A stretch of 64,000 nt of DNA, from positions 24,056,001 to 24,120,000 of the forward strand of contig OY740783.1 in assembly GCA_963514005.1 (NCBI GenBank). Direction: 5' to 3'. This DNA comes from Raja brachyura (taxonomy: Eukaryota). Positions within the stretch are counted from its first letter, which is position 1; the number at the start of each line of letters is the position of its first letter. This document shows, in pieces, positions 1 to 13,365 of this stretch. The notes beneath the pieces are model-generated. The model searched no databases. It had not been told where the DNA came from and saw only the letters and a list, made by a program, of their open reading frames with translations. Position numbers and translations under genes: made by a program.

Positions 1-908
1 TACACACATGACTGTGTGGCCAGGTTCAGCTCCAACTCCATCGTCAAGTTTGTTGATGACACTGTGGTGGTGGGCCTGATCTCCGATAAGGATGAGAAGG
101 CCTACCGGGAGGAGGTGGCTGATCTGGCACTCTGGTGTCAGGACAACAGCTCCTCTTGAATGTCACTAAAACTGAGGAGCTGATTGTGGACTTTAGAAGC
201 GCACAACATCCGAGGATGTACACGCCACTGGAGATAAATGGGACTACTGTGGATAGGGTGAGCAGCTTTAAATACCTGTGAGTCCACATCACAGAGGATC
301 TGACATGAACAACACACACTGCCGCACTGGTGAGAAAGGCAAGGCAGCGCCTTTACCACCTCAGGCAGCTGAGGAGATTCAGTCTCTCTGAGGATCCTTC
401 AATCCTGCTACTCTGGGGCTGCAAATGCATCCTGTCCGGAAACATCTCGATCTGGTTTGGCAACAGCACTGCCCAGGACAGGAAGGCTCTGCAGAGAGTA
501 GTGCGTTCGGCTGAACGTACCATGGGAACTATACTCACCTTCCTGCAGGACCTATACACCAGGAGGTGCAGATCCAGAGCCAGCAAGATAATGAAGGACC
601 ACTCCCACCCCAGCAATGGACTGTTCCAGCTGCTACGGTCAGGCAAGAGCCTCCGCTGTCACACTGCGAAAACAGCGAGGATGAGGCGGAGTTTCTTCCC
701 ACAGGCTATCAGGACTGTAAACACTGTTCTCACAAGGGAATAATTACTGTTGTGTCTTTTTTTTTAATGTAAATGTAAATACTGGTTCTGTTCTGTTCTG
801 TTGTTCTGTTGTTTTGCACAATCCCCCAGACATTGCCATTTTCATTTCACTGTACATCTTGTATGTGTATGTGACAAATAAAGTTGACTTGACTTTATTT
901 GACTTGAC
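1..908 (+). mobile_element. Rex1/Babar-type non-LTR retrotransposon, 3' end (RT C-terminus, decayed, runs off window)
   Basis: Frame from base 1 reads YTHDCVARFSSNSIVKFVDDTVVVGLIS (FADD-like RT motif). ORF 330-743 has KARQRLYHLRQLRR...ARMRRSFFPQAIR. The 3' UTR has TTTCACTG...TGTGACAAATAAA and a (GACTT)n tail. Confidence 0.85.
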
Positions 909-3139
909 TACCACTGCGCCACCATGTCCCCCCTAAAGCTCTCATCTTAGCTTGATTTTTTTCAAACACTGTCGGGGTGCCTACAACATTGTTTTGATCC
1001 CAATAGAAATGGTGTGGAATATTTTTTTGATCCAACATTTCTTGCCTGTAGGCATTTAAGAATGATCTATTTTATCAATCGTTCTAATTCTCCTGTGGAA
1101 TACACATTCATGCACTCTGAAGCAAAGAAACAACCATAGGAGCTGACATAGTGACACTTCACCCTCTCCCTTTTCTACTTCAATGATATTGAGTACCATT
1201 TATGTCTTTTCCTACTAGTCCATTTGTAACTGAAAGCTCAGTGGGTATGGAATAAATAGAAATGATCAGATATCCCACTTCATTGGCAAACTCTATATAC
1301 TGAAAAGAAATAAATTCCTGGAAGAACTCAGCAGGTAAGGCAGCATCTATGGAGGGAGACACAAGGGAGACACAAAATGCTGGTGAGGCAGCATCTATGC
1401 AGAGAAGGAATGGGCGATGTTTCGGGTCGAGACCATTCTTCTACCTTCGATTTTACCAGCACCTGCTGTTGTTAAACATCTATGGAGGGAAATGGACAAT
1501 CCATATTGCAGGACGGGACCGTTCTTCAGTGTAACAATCTGCTGGAAGAACTCAGCAGGTCAGGCAGCAACTGTGGAAAGAAATGGACAGATGACTTTTT
1601 GGGTTTTCCTCTACAGCTGCTGTCTGATGCATAAGTTCATAAGTTATAGGAGCAGAATTACGCCATTCAGCCCATTAAGTCTACTCTGCCATTCAATCAT
1701 GGCTGATCAGTCTTTCCCTCTCAACCCCTTTCTCCTGCCTTCGCTCGATAATCCCTGACACCCGTACTAGTCAATTCACTGCGTTCCCCCAGCAGTTTGT
1801 TTTTCATTCAAGATGCAAGTATCTGCAGTATCTTGCGTCCCATATATTGAACCACTGCTGTGCTTTGATTAACATAAGAGCTGAATACTAACCTATTGCT
1901 GAACCAGTATTTAGTAGAATAAAATGGAACAGTAAAGAGCAGCAATATTTTGAACAATATGGTAAAGAGATGGTTAAAGAATGTGCAGTGATTTCCTTGA
2001 TCCTGTATTAAATGTTCCTCACCAGTTGCTGTACATTGACAAGGTGCAGAGTCAGGGAATTGCACACTTACTGTAGCTCAATCCCAGGCCTGTTGTCTCT
2101 TTCGGACCAACAGAATCCTGTTCAATTTTAGCTTGCTTTATCTCCACTGTCACTCAAGCTTTGTTAGTCTTTAATCTGCGCTCTCCAGTTCCACTGCACG
2201 CTAAAGTGCATCAAAGGCTTCTTGAAGGTGCAAATATTCCTGCACAGCACACATGTTCTTACAGAGACCTTCCTCGTAACATTTAATTGTAGGTGAATCT
2301 ACTAATCCTGTAAGAGCACAGATAGTCAGCATCTGCCGAGGGACTTAACACTTTAGGTCAATGACTCTTCATCGGGAAGAGTGGGAAAAAAATGATGTTT
2401 TAAGTTGCACAGAAGGGGGTAGGGAGGCAGGGGAGACAGCAAAGGAAAATAGATAAGCAGCTATTGGTGCTGGCGAAGAGAGGGTGGTGAAAGTTTGTTA
2501 ATCACAGCTGAGCTGCCCAGACATTTTGAAGAGGAAGATGAATGAGAACCGAGGAGAGAGGAGAAAAAAAAAACACATATAAACAAATAAAACTATTGAA
2601 TTGCGAGATACAGAACTTTACAGGCGCTAGAAATGTTAAATCAAAGAGAATGCTGAATACACTTTACCTATCTGGAGGGAGAAAAACTGGATAAACGTTG
2701 CAGTTTGCTGATCTTATGCCTAATTTGGCCAGTTCAGACACAAAATGGCAATTGTGAACCAAGGATTTCTGTGTGCCCTGATGGAAGATGAGACTTTCTT
2801 CATTGATCTTACACTGCAACGATGTCAGAGGCACATGACAGAGTTGTCAGAGTGGGAACAGGATGGAGAGTTAAAGTGACAGGAAACTGGATGCTCAAGG
2901 TCACCCTGGTTTCATGAGTGGTGGCAGGGGACTGGAAGGCTGTTACGATGATTGGCGTGCTTAAACTAGAGAGAGAGGAAAACTGAATATTCACAGGCAG
3001 GTTCATTTAACTTGGGGCAAATGTAATCCATTCCTACATTTACCAAGGCACACATTAATGAGGCAGAAACACCGAGGATTTGTTAAAGGTCGGTTACATC
3101 TGATGAAATCAACTGAATTTGCTGTAGCTTGGTTGATTG

Positions 3140-3450
3140 AATCGATTGAACGTTACAGCATGGAAGAGGCCCTTTAGTCCAACATGTCCATGCCAACACC
3201 CATTCACACTAGTTCTATGTTATGTCACTTTCGCATCCCCTCCCTACACACCCCAGAGGACAATTTATAGTGGCCAGATAACCTACATAACCCACATGTC
3301 TTTGAGATGTGGGACAAAACCAGAGCACCCGGAGGACACTGTTGCGCTCACAGAATTTACATGCAAACTCCACTCAGACAGCATCCATGGTCAGGATCGA
3401 ACCTGGGTCTCTGGTGCTGTGAGACAGCAGCTCTACCAGCGGCAACACTA
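3140..3450 (-). mobile_element. tRNA-derived SINE (HE1/V-SINE-like)
   Basis: Reverse complement of the SINE seen at 4092-4400, with B-box GGTTCGATCC on the minus strand near 3394-3404. Confidence 0.75.
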
Positions 3451-3589
3451 TGTTGCATGGAGAGTGACAAGGTATAAAGAAAGACTTTTAACAAGGACCT
3501 ACAAGGCAAGCTGCTTATGTTGAAACTTTGGATAGGCTGGCTTTTGTTTTAGAATTGTGCAGGATGAGGGGAAACATAATACCTGGAGT

Positions 3590-3725
3590 GTGCAGGAAGG
3601 AATTGCAGATGCTAGTTTAAATCGAAGATTGATACAAAAGGCTGGAGTAATTCAGCGGGACAGGCAGCATCTCTGGAGAGAAGGAATGGGTGATGTTTTG
3701 GGTCGAGACCCTTCTTCAGACAGGA
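3590..3725 (-). mobile_element. Penelope-derived 3' end fragment with degenerate hammerhead motif
   Basis: GCTGGAGTAATTCAGCGGGACAGGCAGCATC...GGGTCGAGACCCTTCTTCAGAC matches the 3' UTR of the Penelope copy at 31802. Confidence 0.75.
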
Positions 3726-4091
3726 ATAATCTTAATACCTGGAGTATACCTAACATAGTCTGGATGAGCCAAATAGTCTTCCTCTATGTTATAAGAAATT
3801 ATGAAGGACAGGAAGTGCCTACTTCCCTTAGCAGAGGAGACATGGGAACATTTTCTAGTAAAGTTCCACCATTTGGGAAGTTAGGCATTGCACTTCCTGA
3901 CATGATTCCCCAAATACTGAAGTCAAATGCCCACTGCATTCTGTGTACATAATGGCATCATCAACATGCATAACCCATATCTTTTGTTTAAAGCTGCAGA
4001 GATGTGATCAAATGGTTACAATTTGCGGTTCACATTATTGACACTCTGTTTGACATAGAGCACATCAAATTGAATATAGCTAGAAGTACAC

Positions 4092-4400
4092 AGGCAGCAC
4101 GGTGGCGCAGCGGTAGAGTTGTTGCCATACAGCCCCAGAGACCCAGGTTCGATCCTGACTACAAGTGCCGTCTGTACGGAGTTTGTTCTCCTTGTGACCT
4201 GCGTAGGTTTTCTCCGATATCTTTGGTTTCCACCCACACTCCAAAGACGTAAAGGTTCGTAGGTTCGTTGGCTTGGTATAAATGTAATTTGTCCTTGTTG
4301 TGTGTAGGATAGTATTAGTGTGTGGGGATCGCTGGTCGGTGCGGACTCAGTGGGCCGAAGTGCCTATTTCCGTGCGATATCTCTAAACTAAACTAAACTA
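4092..4400 (+). mobile_element. tRNA-derived SINE (HE1/V-SINE-like), full length
   Basis: A-box TGGCGCAGCGG, B-box GGTTCGATCC, central body, LINE-like 3' end GGGCCGAAG...CCTATTTCCGTGC and (CTAAA)n tail. Confidence 0.85.
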
Positions 4401-5727
4401 CACAATTTAAATCATGTTGCTGGTGGGCCTGAGTTATAAGGCCAGATTAGCTGTTCCTATTATTGAAGATTTGTGATTATTCCGTTCTTTTAATTTAGGT
4501 CCAGTAACATATTTACCATGACTGATTCTAGTGGGCAAATAATTAGCAGACATGTTACAGGGATTATTTATTATTGCTGCTGAGGATCCATAACTAATTA
4601 AGAGCTATTGTGGGCTTTTCTTTAATGAAATTGCCTGAATTGGGTCAACAATATGGTAAAAGCATATTGATGATCATTTCATGCTTCAGTGGACAATATT
4701 AATGAGCGTTAAACCTGTCGAAGGAAGCTAGTGGATTATTTGAAATTAGAATAGGTGCGTAACCTATGCCATTAATAACATTAAATGATCACTGTGCGGT
4801 TGGTAACATTTAAATATTTGACTGGAAGAGTACTGGAAAGTGTATCCAGCTGGATTATATCGGATGTTAGCTATGGGACTGAAATATGTGCCAATGCTTC
4901 CATGGATATTTTTCACCACCTGTTCAGATAGTTGAGATCTTGTGTATCAATCACAATATGTTCCCCCAACCCCCCAAGCCCCCTTCCCCAGTGGTATGGG
5001 ATCATCCACCCTGTTTCACACCCTGTCTAAGTTTGCTTTCCACTGATGGCGCATCGCCAGAGGCCTGGGTTGCAATCCTGACTACGGGTGCTGTCTGTAT
5101 GGGGTGTGTATGTTCTCCCCGAGACGTACAGGATCATTTCTTGTCCTGATCAGACGTTAATTGGCTTGGTGTCCCTAGTGCGTAGGGTAGCGTTAATGTG
5201 CAGGGATTGCTGGTTGGTGCGGACTTGATGGGCCGAAGGGCCTGTTTCCGTGCTGTATGTCTAAACTAAACTAAACTGAAGTCAATGTGTTATTAAAGAA
5301 ATCTTTCATTCAAATGACAAATTTGAACTGCTAAGTGCAATGACACAAACTAATGTACAGAGAAATCAATGCTCAAAGTGCTGGAGGAACAACGAGTCAG
5401 GCAGTATCTCTGGAGGGAATAGGTGAGTGATGTTTCGGATCGTGACCCTTCTGCAGGTTTCTTCAGGACTGTTCCATGTGTCAGGATCCAGACCCAAAAT
5501 GTCGTCTATGGTTCTGAAGAAGAGACCAACCTCAAGGTTCAAAGATTGCTCAAGATTCAAACAACAGCAGTTCCTGGTGACTGTGATCAATATTTAGCGT
5601 TTTAGAATTACTTCAAGTAACTGCACAGGTCAATTCATAAAGACAAGCCTTCACAAATCCCTTTTGAATGCATGGGAAAGAGTTAAACTAGCTTTTAAAG
5701 GAATAAGCTTTTAGAGGATGCACCGCG

Positions 5728-6340
5728 GGTAGCACAGTGGCGCAGCTGTCAGTTATTGCTTCACAGTGCCAGAAACCAGGGTTCAATCCTGCCCTAGGGT
5801 GCTAACTGTGTGGAGTTTGCACATTATCTCTGTGGCTGCAGGAGTTTTCTTCGGGTCCTCTGATTTCTTCCCAAAGACGGGGCGGCATGGTGGCACAGCG
5901 GTAGAGTTGCTGCTTTACAGTGTCAGCGACTCAGCTTCGATCTTGACTATGGGTGCTGTCAGTATGGAGTCTCTCCGTGACCACATGGGTTTCCCCCGGG
6001 TGCTTCATTTTCCTCTCACAATCCAAAGACGTACAGGTCAATTTGGCTTTGGTAATAAATTGTAAATTGTCCCTAATGTGATAGGATAATGCAAGCTTAC
6101 GGGGATCGCTGGTCAGCGCGTATTCAGTGGGCCGAAGGGGTTGTTTATACGCTCTATCTCTCAGCTAAACTAAACTAAACTAAAAATGTGGGTTTGTAGG
6201 TTAATTGACCTCTGTAAATTGCCACTGGTATGTAGTGAGTGGATGTGAAAGTGGGATAACGTAGAACTGGTGGGAATGACTGACCAATTGATGGCATGGA
6301 TTCAGTGGGCCGAAGGGTCTATTTCTATCTCTAAACTGAA
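5728..6340 (+). mobile_element. Nested SINEs: SINE at about 5880-6184 inserted inside an older SINE
   Basis: The outer copy breaks at CCCAAAGAC and resumes at TGTGGGTTTGTAGG after the (CTAAA)n tail of the inner copy. Confidence 0.75.
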
Positions 6341-6715
6341 TGCTGGAAACATGCAGCAGGTGGGTTTTGGAGTGCTTGAGTGTTTTTATTTCTGATTTCC
6401 AGCATCTGCAGTTTTCTGATATTCATTAATGATTATTTGGGGATTGGTTGATAATACTAATATTCAATGGGGCTCTCTGTGCAGTTAGTCTTTGCCTGCA
6501 TGAAAGGTAAGAATTAAATTGGTCGACACCTGGCTATAAAAAGTCTTGTGCAGGGAGAAATTGCAGAGGCTGGTTTACGTCGAAGATGGACACAAAATGC
6601 GGGAGTATCACAACGGGTTAGGCAGCCTCCCTGGAAAAAAAGAGGAGGTGGTGTTTCGGTTCACAACCCAAAATGTTACCTACTCCTTTTTTGCAGAGTT
6701 GCTGCCTGACCAGCT

Positions 6716-7487
6716 TTGGTAGCAAAAACTGGAAGGCAGATTACTATCCAAATGGCATCAAGTTGGGAAAAGGGGAAGTACAATGGGATCTGGGGTCCTT
6801 GTACATCAGTCTATGAAAGTAAGCATGCAGGTACAGCAAGCAGTGAAGAAAGCGAATGGCATGTTGGCCTTTATAACACGAGGAATTGAATATAGGATAA
6901 AATAGTTCCTTCTTCAATTGTACAGAGCCGCAGTGAGACCTCACCTGGAGTATTGTGTGCAGTTATGGTCCCCTAATTTGAGGAAGGACATTCTTGCTAT
7001 TGAGGGAGTGCAGCGTGGGTTTACAAGGTTAATTCCCAGGATGGCGGGACTGTCATATGCTGAGAGAATGGAGCAGCTAGAAGGAGAGAGGGGATCTCAT
7101 TGAAACATATAAGATTGTTAAGGGCTTGGACACACTAGTGGCAGGAAACATGTTTCCGATGTTGGGGGAGTCCAGAACCAGGGGCCACAGTTTAAGAATA
7201 AGGAGTAAGCCATTTAAAACGGATAGGAGGAAATCCTTTTTCTAACAGAGAGTGGTGAGTCTGTGGAATTCTCTACCTCAGAGGGCGGTGGAGGCAGGTT
7301 CTCTGGATGCTTTCAAGAGAGAGCTAGATAGGGCTCTTAAAAATAGTGGAGTCAGGGGGATATGGGGAGAAAGCAGGAATAGTCCACTGATTGGGGATGA
7401 TCAGCCATGATCACATTGAATGGCGGTGCTGGCTCGAAGAGCCAAATGGCCTACTCCTGCACCTATTGTCTATTGTCTTTTGCCTAT
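6716..7487 (+). mobile_element. CR1 LINE 3' fragment inserted in a Penelope-derived palindromic element
   Basis: LYRAAVRPHLEYCVQLWSP motif (ORF 6918-7103) and (CTATTGT)n tail. 9-bp TSD TGACCAGCT at 6707-6715 and 7488-7496. Confidence 0.85.
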
Positions 7488-7915
7488 TGACCAGCTGAGT
7501 TACTCTAGCATGTAGAATGTCTTCACTGGTGTAATGGATTTGATCCATTCGTAAAAAGTCCTGCCTGTCAATAAAGAATGTAACTGAAGTTATTTATTCC
7601 TTCCAACATGAAAAAGAAAAAAACAATCAATTCCTTACAAGATTCATGTAGTTATGCACAGCAATTGCAGTCAGTTGAGATGATATAACACCAAGTGAAA
7701 AAAAATATTGCGGAGGAAAAAGCAATTAGATATACAACTAAAGACTTTAATGTAATTATGCTTCTTTTTTTCAATTATAAGTAAGAATTGCATGACATGG
7801 GAAGGTATCCTGTTTCACTGCAAATTCAGCTATTTTTCATATTTTGTTGGTATTTTCAATAATCCCCATTCTCCCAAGATCACAAATTAGCCCCAAATTA
7901 TGACAAAAATAATTT

Positions 7916-8140
7916 AGACACAAAATGCTGGAGTAACTTGGTCAGGCAGCATCCGTGGAGAAAAGGAATAGGTTATGTTTTGGGTCGAGATCCTTCTTCA
8001 GTCTGAAGAAGGGGCTTGACCCAAAATGTCACCTATTTCTTTTCTTCAGACTGAAGAAGGATCTCGACCTAAAACATCACCTATTCCTTTTCTCCAGAGA
8101 TGCTGTCTGACCCACTGAGTTACTCCAGGATTTTGTGTCT
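7916..8140. repeat. Fold-back palindrome built from two Penelope 3' ends, with duplicated centre
   Basis: Arms AGACACAAAATGCTGGAGTAACT... and ...AGTTACTCCAGGATTTTGTGTCT are reverse complements. The centre CTTCAG(T/A)CTGAAG occurs twice. Confidence 0.85.
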
Positions 8141-8432
8141 ATCTTTGATCGGTAAACGGGCATTTTCCTTCCTGCACAAATATAACGTAGTCTGACACAT
8201 GGAGCAGTTAAAAAAAAATCATAGTTTAGTACAAAATCGTAACATTTGTTGTGTTATGTTCCTGCACCACCTTTTGTGCACCAACCAATCAAATATTGTT
8301 GTATGTTTTGTGAAGTCTGTGATGTTCAATTTCAGTTCTTTCTGTACTTGACAACCAGAACATTGAACGTTGATTAATTAAATTTCAATTGGACCTGCAG
8401 AGTTCCCATGGGCAAAGCCAGGTCACTCTGAG

Positions 8433-8730
8433 GACGGCACAGTGGCGCAGCAGTAAAGTTACTGCCTTACAGCGCCAGAGACCTGGGTTGGATATTGACC
8501 ATGGTTGCTGTCTGTATGGAGTTTGTACATTCTCCCTCCGACCACTTTAGTTCACTCCGGGTGCTCTGGTTTCCTCTCACACTCCAAGACGTGCAGGTTA
8601 GTAGGTTAATGGCTTTTGTAAATTGTAAAATTGTCCCTAGTGTTTAGGATAGTGCTCATGTTCAGGTGAGCACTGGTCCGTGCGGGCCCAGTGGGCCAAA
8701 GGGCCTGTTTCTACACCTTATCTCTAAAGT
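8433..8730 (+). mobile_element. tRNA-derived SINE
   Basis: Same family as 4092-4400. Confidence 0.8.
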
Positions 8731-8736
8731 GTAATT

Positions 8737-8982
8737 CATAGCAAAAGGATTTGAGTATAGGAGCAGGGAGGTTCTACTTCAGTTGTATAGGGTCTTGGTG
8801 AGACCACACTTGGAGTATTGCGTACAGTCTGGTCTCCAAATCTGAGGAAGGACATTATTGCCATAGAGGGAGTGCAGAGAAGGTTCACCAGACTGATTCC
8901 TGGGATGTCAGGACTGTCTTATGAAGAAAGACTGGATAGACTCGGTTTATACTCTCTAGAATTTAGGAGATTGAGAGGGGAT
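8737..8982 (+). mobile_element. CR1 LINE fragment (host of the nested CR1; resumes at about 11834)
   Basis: Reads YRVLVRPHLEYCVQ...EGVQRRFTRLIPG. It is interrupted at GAGAGGGGAT and continues GGATCTTATAGAAACTTAC at 11834. Confidence 0.8.
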
Positions 8983-11800
8983 ATAACCATATAACCATAT
9001 AACAATTACAGCACGGAAACAGGCCATCTCGGCCCTTCAAGTCCGTGCCGAACAACTTTTTTTCCTTAGTCCCACCTGCCTGCACTCATACCATAACCCT
9101 CCATACCCTTCTCATCCATATGCCTATCCAATTTATTTTTAAATGATACCAACGAACCTGCCGCCACCACTTCCACTGGAAGCTCATTCCACACCGCTAC
9201 CACTCTCTGAGTAAAGAAGTTCCCCCTCATGTTACCCCTAAACCTCTGTCCCTTAATTCTAAAGTCATGTCCTCGTGTTTGAATCCTCACTATTCTCAAA
9301 GGGAAAAGCTTGTCCACATTAACTCTGTCTATCCCTCTCATCATTTTAAAGACCTCTATCAAGTCCCCCCTTAACCTTCTGCGCTCCAGAGAATAAAGAC
9401 CTAACTTATTTAACCTATCTCTGTAACTTAGCTGTTGAAACCCAGGCAACATTCTAGTAAATCTCCTCTGTACCCTCTCTATTTTGTTGACATCCTTCCT
9501 ATAATTGGGCGACCAAAATTGTACACCATACTCCAGATTTGGTCTCACCAAAGCCTTGTACAATTTTAACATTACATCCCAGCTTCTATACTCAATGCTC
9601 TGATTTATAAAGGCTAGCATACCAAAAGCTTTCTTTACCACCCTATCTATATGAGATTCCACCTTCAAGGAACTATGCACGGTTATTCCCAGATCCCTCT
9701 GTTCAACTGTATTCTTCAATTCCCTACCGTTTACCATGTACATCCTATTTTGATTTGTCCTGCCAAGGTGTAGCACCTCACATTTATCAGCATTAAATTC
9801 CATCTGCCATCTTTCAGCCCATTTTTCCAACTGGCCTAAATCACTCTGTATACTTTAGAAATCCTCTTCATTATCCACAACACCCCCTATCTTGGTATCA
9901 TCTGCATACTTACTAATCCAATTTACCACCCCTTCATCCAGATCATTGATGTACATGACAAACAACAAAGGACCCAACACAGATCCCTGAGGCACCCCAC
10001 TAGTCACCTGCCTCCAACCCGACAAACAGCCATCCACCATTACCCTCTGGCTTCTCCCATTCAGCCACTGTTGAATCCATCTTGCTATTCCTGCATTTAT
10101 ACCCAACAGTTGAACCTTCTTAACCAACCTTCCATGAGGAACCTTGTCAAAGGCCTTACTGAAGTCCATATAGACAACATCCACTGCTTTACCCTCATCA
10201 ATTTCCCTAGTAACCTCTTCAAAAAATTCAAGAAGATTAGTCAAACATGACCTTCCAGGCATAAATCCATGTTGACTGTTCCTAATTAGACCCTCATTAT
10301 CCAGATACTTATATATATTATCTCTAAGTATCTTTTCCATTAATTTGCCCACCACTGAAGTCAAACTAACCGGTCTATAATTGCTAGGTTTACTTTTAGA
10401 ACCCTTTTTAAACAATGGAACAACATGCGCAGTACGCCAATCCTCGGGGACTATTCCCGTTTCTAATGACATTTGAAATATTTCTGTCATAGCCCCGGCT
10501 ATTTCTACACTAACTTCCCTCAATGTCCTAGGGAATATCCTGTCAGGACCTGGAGACTTATCCACTTTTATATTTTTCAAAAGTGCCAGTACTTCTTTTA
10601 CTTTGAAACTCATAGTATCCATAACTACTCTACTAGTTTCCCTTACCTCACATAATTCAATATCCTTCTCCTTGGTGAATACCGAAGAAAAGAAATTGTT
10701 CAATATCTCCCCCATCTCTTTTGGCTCTGCAGATAGCTGTCCACTCGGTCTCTCCAATGGACCAATTTTATCCCTTGTTATCCTTTTGCTATTAATATAG
10801 CTGTAGAAACCCTTTGGATTTACTTTCACCTTACTTGCCAAAGCAACCTCATATCTTCTTTTAGCTTTTCTAATTTCTTTCTTAAGATTCTTTTTACATT
10901 CCTTATACTCCTCAAGCACCTCATTTACTTCATGCTGCTTATAATTATTGTAGATCTCCCTCTTTTTCCGAACAAGATGTCCAATTTCCCTTGAAAACCA
11001 GGGCTCTTTCCAATTTTTACTGGTTCCTTTCAACCGAACAGGAACATAAAGATTTTGTACTCTTAAAATTTCCCCTTTAAATGTCCTCCATTTCTCCTCT
11101 ACATCTTTCCCATAAAACAAAATGTCCCAGTTCACTCCTTTTAAATCATCTCGCATCTCGTTAAAGTTAGCCTTTCTCCAATCAAAAATCTCAACCCTAG
11201 GCCCAGTTCTGTCCTTCTCCATAATTATATTGAAACTAATGGTATTGTGATCACTGGACCCGAAGTGCTCCCCTACGCATACCTCCGCCACCTGTCCCGT
11301 CTCATTTCCTAACAGGAGGTCCATCACTGCCCCTCCTCTAGTAGGCACCTCTATGTATTGCTGCAAAAAACTATCCTGCACACATTTTACAAACTCCAAA
11401 CCATCCAGCCCATTTACAGAATGCGTTTCCCAGTCTATGTGTGGAAAGTTGAAATCTCCCACAATCACTACCTTGTGCCTACTACTAATATCTGCTATCT
11501 CTTTACATATTTGCTCTTCCAATTCTCGTTCCCCATTTGGCGGTCTATAATATACCCCTATAAGTGTTGCTACACCTTTCCCACTTCTAAGTTCCACCCA
11601 AATAGCCTCCCTAGATGAGCCCTCCAATCTATCCTGCGAAAGCACTGCTGTAATATCTTCCCTGACTAGCAATGCAACACCTCCACCTCTTGCCCCTCCA
11701 ATTCTATCACACCTGAAGCAACGAAATCCTGGAATATTTAGTTTCCAATCACAGCCCTCCTGCAACCATGTTTCACTGATCGCCACAACATCATACTTCC
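8983..11800 (-). mobile_element. Young CR1 LINE, 5'-truncated inside the endonuclease domain
   Basis: (GGTTATAT)n 8-bp tail at about 8983-9003 and a continuous ORF2 frame. Nested in the opposite-strand CR1 fragment. Confidence 0.95.
9066..11800 (-). pseudogene. CR1 ORF2: APE endonuclease + reverse transcriptase, single in-frame stop
   Basis: ORFs 9855-11861 and 9066-9830 are in the same frame and separated by one TAA (9855-9857). Motifs: [41 protein letters not shown]. Confidence 0.95.
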
Positions 11801-12353
11801 AAACAACATCATACTTCCTCAGATATAAGATATGGATCTTATAGAAACTTACAAAATTCAAATTAGGTCTATGAACATTATTTCAAAAGAGACTGTATCC
11901 AACCTGAGAGTGCAAAAGACAAGTTAAATTATTATGGATGTCTTCAACTAGAATTGTCAAATGGAGGGTTCTTTTCAGGCTCCTGTTTTCAGCCAGAGCT
12001 GTCAGCATTGCTAGAAATAACCTTTACACACCAGTACTTGCTCCCTCAGTAAGGCTCAGTTTGAGTTTGTTCGGGCTTCAAACCTCAAACTTTCCAAAAC
12101 TTTAATTATATTTTGCAGTGCAGAAGAAGCCCATTCAATCTACAGTGCGTCTGCCAGATCTTTGAAACGGCTATTCATTTAATCTAATTTTCTGATTATT
12201 CCTCACGGTGCCTCATTTTTCACTTTTCATAAAGTGTCTTTTCAAAGTTGCTCTTAGATATATAAAGTTATATAGCATGAAAAGAGATCCTGTGGTTCAA
12301 CGTGTCCATGCCGAACAAAATCTACACTATTTCTATTTTGCCTGTCAGACTCA

Positions 12354-13365
12354 TCTCTATACCTATAAAAGTCTCATCTTGTATGTGTGTATGTGTTTTG
12401 GTAATTTCGCCAAAACGGTAGCGCTTAAAATGTTACATATTCTCACCTTTTTCCAGTCCATGCTGTGATCAGGTTCACGCAAGATTTGATTCAATATTTC
12501 ACAAGTTATTGGTGAATAAAATTAAACAAAAAGACAAAACGGCCTTTTTAACCGCCTTTCACACACAGATTCTTCAACCAGCTTCGACTGATGATGTCCC
12601 AATGAGATGGACGGACACCATGGCTTGGGTCAGCACCCGTTTCATACACGCCCGCCCGCAGCCTCGCTCGGGTGCTCGGGTCCACGGCCGCCCGCGGCCT
12701 CGCTCAGGTCCTAGGGTCCAGGTATGCCCGCGGCCTCGCTTGGGTCCTCGGGTCCAAGACCACCGTGGCCTCGCTCGGGTCCACGGGCCCATGGTCGCCC
12801 ACGTCCTCTCACAGCACGGTGCTTCATCCTCATCACCCCTCCTTCCCTTCCTCCCACAGCGCCGTATTCCCACCTCACTGCCCCTCACTCCCTCCCACCC
12901 TCTCTCCCACAACACGGAGCCCTCCCCTCCCCTCACCGCCCCTCCCTCCCTCCCTCCCACACACTTCCAATTGCGGACCAAATATGATTTTAAAGTAATA
13001 CGGCCAACTCTCAACACCGTGGTAAAGGAATTCAATCCCACTTACGGACCAGCTTCTAAAGTTATTCAAGGTCATTCTCCAACTTCACATTCCTGACAAT
13101 AGCTCAGAAACCACAGAGACTTCAATGCACATAGTTCTGAAATTTACCCTGAGCAAGATAAGGACCAAAATTGCAAAGCCTTAAATTTATCCCTTCCACC
13201 ACACATCCCCCCCTCTGCCCAAACACCCCGCTTCCTCCAACAACCCCCCACCCCTGCCAACATAGCCCCCACGCCTTCTCCCCACACCCCCCCTCCCCCC
13301 GCCCCCCATTGCATTGGGGAAACGGGTGAATCCTGGAATATTACGTTGGGGGAGCAGACCTAACG
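12354..13365 (+). mobile_element. Non-autonomous Helitron, 3' end truncated
   Basis: A|TCTCTATACCTATAAAAGTCTCATCTTG 5' end is shared with the other copies. It is followed by a (TG)n tract and CGCCAAAACGG motif, and ends in a partial 3' hairpin arm GCAGACCTAACG. Confidence 0.65.
12652..12786 (+). repeat. GC-rich 36-bp tandem repeat (~3.7 copies) inside Helitron
   Basis: Unit approximately CGCCCGCGGCCTCGCTCGGGTCCTCGGGTCCACGGC. Confidence 0.85.

Noticed and set aside
4092-4165. tRNA gene candidates (A/B boxes)
   Set aside because: These are heads of the dispersed SINE family, continuous with SINE body and tail, with no complete cloverleaf.
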